Below, one piece after another: positions 17,868-26,433 of a stretch of DNA of 64,000 bases. The DNA comes from Nitrosopumilaceae archaeon. GTDB lineage: Archaea; Thermoproteota; Nitrososphaeria; Nitrososphaerales; Nitrosopumilaceae. The DNA lies in NCBI GenBank assembly GCA_965214835.1, contig CBDCCK010000002.1, positions 128,001-192,000 on the forward strand, in the 5' to 3' direction. How positions within the stretch are numbered: the stretch's first letter is position 1; each line of letters opens with the position of its first letter. The position numbers were made by a program, and so were the translations under genes. The notes beneath the pieces are model-generated. The model had not been told where the DNA came from. It saw nothing but the letters and a program-made list of their open reading frames with translations, and did no database searches.

Positions 17868-19805
17868 CTAGCATCCGACGCTTTCGTTGAACTTCCAGTG
17901 GGGTATGACGTGCACGCCGTCGCCGGCTTCCAGGGCTCCTGCAAGGATGGTTGCAAGGTCGGTGTCGTTGGAGAGGAGGATGACGTTGCCGCCTTCCGAC
18001 CTTGCTATGGCCATCGCCTGCGCCATTATCCTCATGTCCCCCTTCCCTATGCGGTCTGTCAGGATCTCGACTGCCTGATCCCTCCGCGCCTTGCTGTCGC
18101 AGATTGCCGGAATGACTGAGTCGTATACCTCGTTGTGGTTGTCCATGTCACTGTCATGCAGCACCGAGTTGAGATCCGCGTATTTCTGCGGATTCTGCGC
18201 CGCGTATTTCTGCAGATCCCTTCTCTTGGCCTTTATCCATTTCTCCGCCTCTTCCTTGGAGTCGGCTATGCCTTTCACGTGGCGCTGCAGGCGCGGCATA
18301 TGCTCCATGTATTGATCCCACTCGGCATCCGTCTCCCTGCCGCCAAACACCCTGTCAAATTCCGGCTTTAGGCGCTCCCATCTCCTGGAGTCGATTTCAC
18401 GGCGGGCCCCGGACGGCACCATTACCCTGTCCAGGTTGTCAAGCACGTATGCTATCTCCGCCTTTAGGCCGTCTGACTCCAGGCCGGTCGGATACTGCAG
18501 GATGTCGATTATCATGTTGGAATCGGGCACTATTGCCTCCCTTCCCGTTATCCTGTAGGCTGGCTCGGCGCCTGCCTGCCGCATGTCAGAAGAGGGTGAG
18601 TAGGATCTTACCGGCGTCCTGTCTTTCTGGCCATGCTGCATGGGAGTCTGGGAGCCGTGCGTGTCGGCTGGGGCTCCGGAGGATGGTACCGGCCGTGGCG
18701 GTGGTGGTGGTAGCGATGATTCCTGCGGTACGGTATCCGTCCACACACCGCCTGCACCTGCGGAATATGCCTGGTTCTCCTCCCCCGGACCGCCCCCTGT
18801 TGGTTTGCGCCTCCGCGATGCCGCCGCAACGACTGCTATTATGATCACTGCCAGGATGACGACGGCCGCAACCAGCATGATCATCGGATTGATGCCGGCT
18901 TCCGGCATGAGGCCGGACAGCAGGCCGATTACTGGATCCGCCGGGCTGTTGCGATCTGCGCCGGCCGCAGGCGCCGCGCCGAACGTAAACGCGGTAGTTG
19001 CCGGCCCTGACGGCCCCGACGAGCCGACCCATACCTCGTGGGTCCCGTCTGCGAGCCCCCTCCTTCCGGCAGTCTCTATCTCCAGGAGGTACGTGCCGTC
19101 GGGATGCACGCCGACTGACTCGTATACGGATCCCAGCGTGGCCCGTATCATGACGGTCTCCGACATTTCTGCCGTTCCGTATATGCGGACCGTATCGCCC
19201 GGATGGTAATGCGGCCTGTCAGTGTATACCGTCAGTCCCCTGCCGCCTGCCGGGGGCTGCGGCGGCCGCATCTGGTTGCCGTCTGACTGCGGCAGGACCG
19301 TGCCTCTGCCGGCATCCTCCCGTCCGGCCCCTGTCTGATCCCCGTGCCGCACGTCCGGCGGCCCTCCCATGTATCGCATCTCAAAGCCCACCTGTCCCAG
19401 CACCTTCCCGTCTGCCCGTGCCGAGACGTAATACGTCCCTGTCTGGCTCGTGTGATAGTCCAGGATGTGGTGGTGGACAAACGCGCCGTCTCGCGAAGAC
19501 CTGACTGTATGCGTCTCCGGGTGCCCGTCAGGATGCGTTATCGTTATATCTATTTTTGTCCGCCCCGCATCGTACACCTCGCCGGAGATGGCGACCATCA
19601 CGTTCTTCCCCTGCCCGACGGCATATCCGAACTGGTCAACGCCCACCTCGCCGTGTGCTGTGCTGCCGACGTTGGCCGCATGTGCCGTATCGCCGCCCGC
19701 AAGCATTACTGCCAGCGCGCACAGTGCCGTTGCACACGATACTGCGGCAGCTCTGCGTGCCGTCATTCCTGCCATCCCCGGCTCACCCCCTCCTCCTGCC
19801 CGCAC
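17868..19805 (-). CDS. Surface protein: signal peptide, two Ig-like domains, TM helix, cytoplasmic PIN-like domain
   Basis: VYTDRPHYHPGDTV Ig motif; TM followed by RRRK; C-terminal IVPDSNMIID...RREID...GDMRI...LLSNDTDL (PIN acidic residues). Confidence 0.72.
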   Translation of the reverse strand: MRAGGGGEPGMAGMTARRAAAVSCATALCALAVMLAGGDTAHAANVGSTAHGEVGVDQFGYAVGQGKNVMVAISGEVYDAGRTKIDITITHPDGHPETHTVRSSRDGAFVHHHILDYHTSQTGTYYVSARADGKVLGQVGFEMRYMGGPPDVRHGDQTGAGREDAGRGTVLPQSDGNQMRPPQPPAGGRGLTVYTDRPHYHPGDTVRIYGTAEMSETVMIRATLGSVYESVGVHPDGTYLLEIETAGRRGLADGTHEVWVGSSGPSGPATTAFTFGAAPAAGADRNSPADPVIGLLSGLMPEAGINPMIMLVAAVVILAVIIIAVVAAASRRRKPTGGGPGEENQAYSAGAGGVWTDTVPQESSLPPPPPRPVPSSGAPADTHGSQTPMQHGQKDRTPVRSYSPSSDMRQAGAEPAYRITGREAIVPDSNMIIDILQYPTGLESDGLKAEIAYVLDNLDRVMVPSGARREIDSRRWERLKPEFDRVFGGRETDAEWDQYMEHMPRLQRHVKGIADSKEEAEKWIKAKRRDLQKYAAQNPQKYADLNSVLHDSDMDNHNEVYDSVIPAICDSKARRDQAVEILTDRIGKGDMRIMAQAMAIARSEGGNVILLSNDTDLATILAGALEAGDGVHVIPHWKFNESVGC

Positions 19806-20208
19806 GCAGCAGGCGCCAGTGCCGCTCCACGTCTGCGTACATTCTCCGGCTGTCCCGGGCCCAGTGCGGCGCGGTACTGCACTGGAAGCGCACGATCATT
19901 CTGTGGGGCGAGGTCTGGCGGCGCGGATGCGGGTTCACGTCTGCGTACCTTCTCCAGTCGTCCCGGGCCCAGTGTGGTGCTTTATCGCACCGGAGGCGCA
20001 CGATCATCTTGTGGGGCGAAAGTGGGGGGAGGCGGCTCCGCGCTGTTGTAACCGGGACACCGGCATGTCCGTTACGATACACGGTACTGCGTCCGGCGGT
20101 ATTGCCGTATGCATCTACCGGCACACCGCTGCCGCCGTCCCACTCTGGGTGTGCCTCCCTGGCCGCCTTTTTTTCTGTCCGTTTTTTCGTGTCCGGCATT
20201 ATGAGCAT
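19783..20208 (-). CDS. Hypothetical protein with 36-aa tandem repeat
   Basis: 108-bp imperfect tandem duplication (copies start 19828 and 19936) encoding SPHxMIVR..C..APHWARD..RxYADV. Confidence 0.45.
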   Translation of the reverse strand: MLIMPDTKKRTEKKAAREAHPEWDGGSGVPVDAYGNTAGRSTVYRNGHAGVPVTTARSRLPPLSPHKMIVRLRCDKAPHWARDDWRRYADVNPHPRRQTSPHRMIVRFQCSTAPHWARDSRRMYADVERHWRLLRAGRRRG

Positions 20209-20333
20209 GTTTGGAGGGCGCAGGTTATAAGGATAAAATCGCGAAGGTGCCCCGACCTGGAGGATTGCGCGTTACCGGTGTGATTACTGACTCTGGAAGT
20301 TCAGGCATGGGTTTTGTTACTGATTGTAAGTTA

Positions 20334-20418
20334 CGTGGAAGGCGGGATTCGAACCCGCGGATCGGTTAGAATCAATTGCTTAGGAGACAACCGCTATACC
20401 TGGCTAAGCGACTTCCAC
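20334..20418 (-). tRNA. tRNA with CCT (Arg) anticodon and atypical long variable arm
   Basis: Acceptor GTGGAAG/CTTCCAC, anticodon loop CTCCTAA, T-arm GCGGG-TTCGAAT-CCCGC, variable arm GATT-CTAACC-GATC. Confidence 0.75.
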
Positions 20419-20713
20419 ATGATTCTGTCTTTACGTAATGATAAAAATGTTCTAGGGCTGATCCTAACCTTTGTCTCCCACCCTAGAACCGCCTAATCGA
20501 TTAATCCAATCTGCATGACAGAGAGGACCGCGAGCGCGAAGGCAATATTGGATTTCAAAGGCTATTATATAATTATTTGTTAGCCCAGGAGCTGGGACAT
20601 TAACGGGTGTTTATTCTCCTTGGGACATGCTGGGTGCTGGAAATCTCAGATTTTGAAGACTTAAAAACAGCATGGTCGTATGCAATTATCAGTATGGTGA
20701 TGACCTTAACTGG

Positions 20714-23577
20714 TCAATCAGGTGTCAGGGTTTCTCTGGCACTTTTCATTTTAGGTTTCCTAACGCTTGGCTCGGCACACCACAATTTTGTGACCGACCT
20801 TGCGTCATAGTTTCCAAACCCCATCATGGCCGATACCTTCTCGTTTATCTCATCGCGCACCTTGTCTGAATCCGCCTGGTTGGTTATTGCCAGCTCCTTT
20901 TCTGACAGTCTGTCAAACTCTGAGGATATGGCATCAAGCCTTTTGTCTCCAAATGATGAAAAGTCCGGGCATTTAAGACTCCCCAGTGCCCCCACTTGAA
21001 GCCTGCTTCTGCGTGTCTGGGCCCTCCCTCCAATGGACCAGTAGGTCATCATTCCGTATATCGAGTTGGCCCACATTGCAAACGCCTTTTTGACCCGCTC
21101 GTCCTTATGTCCTAGACTCGTATATGAGGGCCCTCCCATCACATCATTGCTTGTTATTGCTGCTACGAGTTTTTGTGAGGTCCATCTCACATTCCTGCAA
21201 ATAAAGAGGTTCGACCGCGTATCCCACATGGCATCTGCCTTTTCATCCCTGTACCTCACTCCCTTGTGTGTTGCATGTGTCATCATGCTGGTCTGAACCT
21301 TGCTGTCAACGGACCACAGCGACCTGTATCTTCCCATCGAATCGTTGTCCCCCAGCACCCTGTTGAATGTAAAGGCCCCTATGTCATCCTTGCCACTGAT
21401 GTGGCCTATGAGATGATGCGTCGGACCAACATCAAAAAGGGCATCCAGCCTCGTTATGGGAATCGTTCCGATGACCTCTCCGTCCAGACCAATCAGTTTT
21501 CCCTCGCGAAGCTTTATGCTGATGTCGTTGATACTGTCCCCGACTACCCCTACCGAGCTCCACGGGGCGCCCCCTCCTGCGCCATCCAGCGTCTTGAACA
21601 TCCTGGAGACTCCAATCTCCGAGCCTATAATCACCGGCCCGTCCTTTGGTGCAGCCCTGACGGCCTTTGCCATCTCTATGGCAACACCAAGCCGCAGTAT
21701 GGGCTCGTAAAGCGTAACACACCGTACATCGGATCGCTGCCCGTCTGACTCGGCTTTCTTTCTGGCAACAAGGAACATCTCCTCCATGTTGGTGTCAGCA
21801 GATATGGCATTCCTGCCTATTGCCTTGCCGGACTGTGTCGCGACTACTGTGATGTCCTCAAACTCACACTCTATCATATTCCTTGTGACCTTCCAGGTGT
21901 CTGCATATGCGGCAGTCCTTGGAAGCACGAACCCCATCATCCCGCCAGGCCTGATCTTCCTTCTTGCTATGCACAGGTACGTGGCGGCCATTCCAGCCGT
22001 CTTTACACACGGCTCCTCTTTTACCAGATCCCCCCATTTCTCCTGGCACAGCTTGCGCTCCTCCTCACTCAGGCCTGCAATGTCAAACGCACTCTGGCCG
22101 CCGCGTGTCCTACTGTATGGCGGATTCATCAGTATCACGTCAAAGGCGCCGTCTGCAATCTTTACAGATGAAAAGTGCTCGTCAAGCGATTCCCTGCCGG
22201 TGGAGTGCCCGAACATGCCGTGCGCCATGTCGGTGATGGCGCTTGCCGTGATGTATTCTATGGAGCCGGTCTTGATCGCGCCAAAATCCCTCTTTTTTAT
22301 TTTCTGCTTCCTGTCATCCCTCATGTCCCCGACTGATACCCATCCTATGTTGCTCAGACTGTACGGGTTCGTGGATCGCATGGCAAGTCCGGCAGACGTA
22401 AGATGTGCCGCTATCGGGGAGACATCCACGCCGTACAGCCCGTGCTCCATGGCGTTCTTGTGGAGTTTTTCCACATTGGGCTTTTTTCTTCCCTTGAAGG
22501 CCTGGTGATACGCCTCTATCTGGGCATATGCGAACCTGAGCAGCGTGCCGGTTCCGCATGCAAGGTCGCATATCCTGAACCCGTCAAACAGCGCCGGATC
22601 CGACCAGTCTGCCATGTTGTCAGTTATCGTCATTGCCGAAAGGAACTCGGCATTGTGGGCCTGCGTGTAAAACGCGGCTGCCTCTTTTCTGTCAGAGGAC
22701 AGCTTTGGAAAGAGTTCTGCTCCGATGCTGATGTCAGTTCCGGTCTTTGTCGCATCAATAAGCTCGACAGCATCAAGCAGGCGCTCAAGTGATTCTGTCA
22801 CCGGTCCGGGACTCTCGGTTCTTATTTCATCTAGCACCCTGATGGCAGGCTCAAAGATCGGCTTCCAGTTTATTTGGAGCAGCTTTCTCCATGCCGATAC
22901 ACATTCACTGGGAGTCTTTGATGGGGGGGGGTGTCGTGATAGTGCATCAGCTTTCGCTGTACTATGAATGCATCAATCCACAATATGGCAGTCGTACGCA
23001 ACCCGTCAAACTGGGATCTCTGGTACAGTGTCTTGGATATTTTCTCCAGCCTGCTTTTAGGTATGGCATCCATCATCTTTGTGGCAGCCTCACCTACCTT
23101 TGATGCAACCTTGCCTCCGACAATTTCGAGCTCCTCCTTGGGAATTGATGCCGATGTTGCAAGTCGGGAGATGTCAGCATACGTGCCCTTCATGAATCCG
23201 GAGCTTGGAAACCTAAAGTTTCCATTAGGCGTCTGCTGGTGCAGTGCGTAACTGAACACGTCATCCCTTTTCAGCTTCTTTGACTTGCGGTATTTTTTAT
23301 CCAGTTCGACTGATATGGCGGTTCTGATGGTGTCACCCGTCCTCGCGTGACATTTTCCAAGTCTGGCAATCGCGTCATTGTCGGCATCCCCTGGGAGGTA
23401 TGATGTCTCTATTATGACTGCCGGTAGCCCTTCAATGTCAAGCAGTATGTCGGGTCTAAGGCCCCTTGATTCTTTGAGCATTCCGGTCTCCTCGATGTGC
23501 ACGCGCCCGCCAAGTCTCTGGTTGGTACGTTCCATGGCCTCCCCAAGTATTCTGTTGAACTCGCCTTCCTGCTTCAT
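20714..23577 (-). pseudogene. Type IIG restriction-modification enzyme (fused REase-MTase), split by a frameshift at a C9 tract (22923-22931)
   Basis: N-terminal RPDILL...IIETS nuclease; DLACGTG motif I and NPPY motif IV downstream; the downstream frame reads on upstream as PSKTPSECVSAWRKLLQINWKPIF up to the homopolymer. Confidence 0.85.
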
Positions 23578-23586
23578 TCAATCATC

Positions 23587-23856
23587 CTATCCTTTCTTTT
23601 TGATTATCATAATCCAGGAACCCTTTATCTTATCAATGTCCCATTCTAAATGATCCCCCTGAGACAGTACCGAGTCTTTTTCGGGACTGCTTTTTGCTAT
23701 TTCCGCCTGGAGTCCCTTGTCTGCGACATCCTGTCTTGATTTGAATGCCGGAAGAAGGTCATCAAATTGTTTGTCTATGTAATTTAGACGAAAGTGGATG
23801 AACGCGATAAAAACGGCAACTATTGAGGCGACTATGGCTAAAAATTCAACACCCAA
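23587..23856 (-). CDS. Small membrane protein (truncated paralogue of 45355-45827)
   Basis: FIAFIHFRLNYIDKQFDDLLP vs FIAFIAIRLNYIDKQLDILLP. Confidence 0.6.
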   Translation of the reverse strand: MGVEFLAIVASIVAVFIAFIHFRLNYIDKQFDDLLPAFKSRQDVADKGLQAEIAKSSPEKDSVLSQGDHLEWDIDKIKGSWIMIIKKKG

Positions 23857-24132
23857 ACTGTTGGTCTGACATGAATGTCAAAGTTAAACCTTGCTGATGC
23901 CTTCATCGTACGAGTTTACCCCTCAGGAGACAAGGCTGGCCCGAACCTTCATGATCGTGCCTGCTACGCCGTATTCCTCGAGATGGGGTAAACTCATACG
24001 CCTTCATCAGGAGGGCCAATTAAGGTGGCGATCACTGCCGGCCCTGTACCGCCGCCTGTTTTCACATGTGCCGGCAGGATGTCAAATCCGCGCGATTTTA
24101 TCCTTATAACCTACGGGCTCTAAACATATCAC

Positions 24133-26313
24133 ATGCTTACAAGACAGGCGACCGAAAGGGCGATAGCAGAGGAGATACCCCTCAAGAAGGGCAGGAAGCT
24201 CGACGTCACGAACCTCAAGGTGTCCGTGTACACGGACGACGGCATCACCGTCTCTGTTCCGGCGCCGTCGCTGCGCTGCATCATTCCGCTTGACAAGAAA
24301 AAGGTGCGCATCCAGTACTGGGCGCCGGTCGCAGGAAACCCCGAGCCGCAGAGGCAGTACACAGACATCGAGCTGCACAAGCCCGAACGCGAGGCAGTCC
24401 ACCTGTGCCGCCAGATAAAGGACGCATACGAGAAGGCCGGTATATTTTCCCACAACCCCCGGGGGTTCGTTCTTCTCGTGCCCGACGAGCGCATCGTGAC
24501 CGTATACGATGACATACGCACCGAGCACGGGCGCGGCATGATGTACATTACAAACGTCGGCGTAATAGTGGAGACCGGCGGCGGCGTAATGTACGAGATC
24601 CCGTTTGACTGCATCCAGATAATATCTGACCACAAAAAAGATTCCCTTAGGCTGGTCTGGACGGAGGGGAATGCCACCCACAAAGCCGACCTGCGCATGT
24701 CCGGCGCCGGGCTCCGCAACGAGGCAGGCGGCCTGATACGCCGCGAGCTGGACACGTACCGCTCGGGCAGCGGCTACGAGTTCCGTCAGCTTGACGCAAA
24801 GTACTCGCAGCTGTCAGTAACGGACATACGCGAGATGGTCGGCCGCTCGGACCCCGAGTACGCCAGGTACGTCCGGCTGCACGCCATCCAGGTGTTCGGG
24901 TTCGAGTCGTGGTCTGAGATCGACGCCTCGCACGTGCTTGCCTGCAAGATCCTGGGGGTTAACCCGGAGGTTCTGGTGCGCGACATGCCAGAGGACGAGC
25001 TGCGCGACCGCCGCAGGTACGTCACAAAGTTCACGCCGGAGCTTGAGCGCAAGCTGTACGAGTACGAGATGACGCTGACGTATGCCGGCAATATCAAGGG
25101 AAGCGCCCTCACACCCGAGACGACAAAGCAGCTGCTGGATACCGACGAGTGGAAGGAACTCGTCAAGACGGCCAATACAATGCTGGATGACGAGGATCTA
25201 AAGTGGTACTTTGGCGCCGAGTCAAAGAGGCTTGCGGCCTCCATGTTCCGCGCCGACATACGCATGACCGGCATATTATATGACATATGGCGCAAGGACC
25301 ACCCCCTTACCGACTTTCGGGACGGGTATGACACCAGGTGGATTGACTGGCTGCTAAAGGAGACCGACAGGCCCGAGTATGATTTGGTGTTTGGCCATCC
25401 GTACTTTGAGAGGGCGTCGCTGATAGAGATGATAAAGATTGCAGACCGCAACCGCGTAACCCTTGAAAGCTTTAGAAAGCCCGACGGCATACCCGACGAG
25501 GACATCTTCAACAACTGCTGGTACGACAAGAAGAACAAGATGTGGTGGGTACAGGACGACCACCTGCCGGACTGTGTTACCGAGCTTGCTGCATCAGACC
25601 CCGATCACTCGCAGGCGACCATCGGCAGGCGCGTCTGGGGGTTTGCCGAAAAGGACGTCCTGAAGGTGTATGACAAGTATCCCTCCATCCTTCTCGACCT
25701 GCCTGGCTGCGACTGGCTGGTTGACAGGCCTACCCAGAAATGGGATCCGGATACGGGTTACATCGGTATCGGCAAGGCCGTATCACGGATACGCCACTCC
25801 CTTGCCATACTCCGGGAGGGACAGATCCGGGCGATTGACACTCCCGTGATGGCCACATACATGCGATGGCAATCTCCGGAGCTTCATTACATTCCTGTGG
25901 CATCCGGTGGTATGACTACTGGCACACCTCTATCCATGTATGAGCATACACGGCTGTTCAGGCGTCCGTTCGTGCCCTTCAACGAGTGCCTCCGCAGGGT
26001 GCTGTTCTCGGCGTTCTGTGGTCTCGGGTTCAACGGTTACGTTCCGTACACCGAGGAGCAGCCGTACGCGTATGTCAGGCCGGAAAAGAGGCCCGGGTTC
26101 AGGGAGGACACAAAGTGGGAGAAAATGAGGATGGAGGTTTTGCGCCACCTGTATGCCGGAGACCTGGAGTGGCTCAAGCAGCATAAAAAGTCCAGGACTT
26201 TTTTCGATCCCAATGTACATGGCGACGTAAAGGCGCTGTATGAGACAGAGCCGGACGCCCGCAAAGACACGTTTGATTTTTACGGCATGACCCACCACGG
26301 AACCTACTATTAG
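24133..26313 (+). CDS. Large hypothetical protein (726 aa)
   Basis: Long ORF with strong GC3 codon bias; GMMYITNVGVIVE...YEIPFDCI is PH-domain-like; TATA-like CTTATAA upstream. Confidence 0.8.
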   Translation: MLTRQATERAIAEEIPLKKGRKLDVTNLKVSVYTDDGITVSVPAPSLRCIIPLDKKKVRIQYWAPVAGNPEPQRQYTDIELHKPEREAVHLCRQIKDAYEKAGIFSHNPRGFVLLVPDERIVTVYDDIRTEHGRGMMYITNVGVIVETGGGVMYEIPFDCIQIISDHKKDSLRLVWTEGNATHKADLRMSGAGLRNEAGGLIRRELDTYRSGSGYEFRQLDAKYSQLSVTDIREMVGRSDPEYARYVRLHAIQVFGFESWSEIDASHVLACKILGVNPEVLVRDMPEDELRDRRRYVTKFTPELERKLYEYEMTLTYAGNIKGSALTPETTKQLLDTDEWKELVKTANTMLDDEDLKWYFGAESKRLAASMFRADIRMTGILYDIWRKDHPLTDFRDGYDTRWIDWLLKETDRPEYDLVFGHPYFERASLIEMIKIADRNRVTLESFRKPDGIPDEDIFNNCWYDKKNKMWWVQDDHLPDCVTELAASDPDHSQATIGRRVWGFAEKDVLKVYDKYPSILLDLPGCDWLVDRPTQKWDPDTGYIGIGKAVSRIRHSLAILREGQIRAIDTPVMATYMRWQSPELHYIPVASGGMTTGTPLSMYEHTRLFRRPFVPFNECLRRVLFSAFCGLGFNGYVPYTEEQPYAYVRPEKRPGFREDTKWEKMRMEVLRHLYAGDLEWLKQHKKSRTFFDPNVHGDVKALYETEPDARKDTFDFYGMTHHGTYY

Positions 26314-26433
26314 GACTCGTCATTGCCGGACGAGTCAATTTGATCTGTGCGGATGCCCCTCCCCCACATGCCGCCTGTGGCCCGTCTCATCTCTTGTAAC
26401 ACCGACGCAGGGACAAGCCCCGGGAAACCTCAT

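Noticed and set aside
11844-19209. Many long plus-strand ORFs antisense to the transfer genes (also 26.4-29.5 kb and 36-42 kb)
   Set aside because: These are shadow ORFs from high GC3 codon bias. They are Ser/Pro/Arg-rich with no motifs.
20334-20418. tRNA as the integration (att) site of the element
   Set aside because: I found no duplicated tRNA 3' end and no integrase in the window, and transfer genes lie on both sides.
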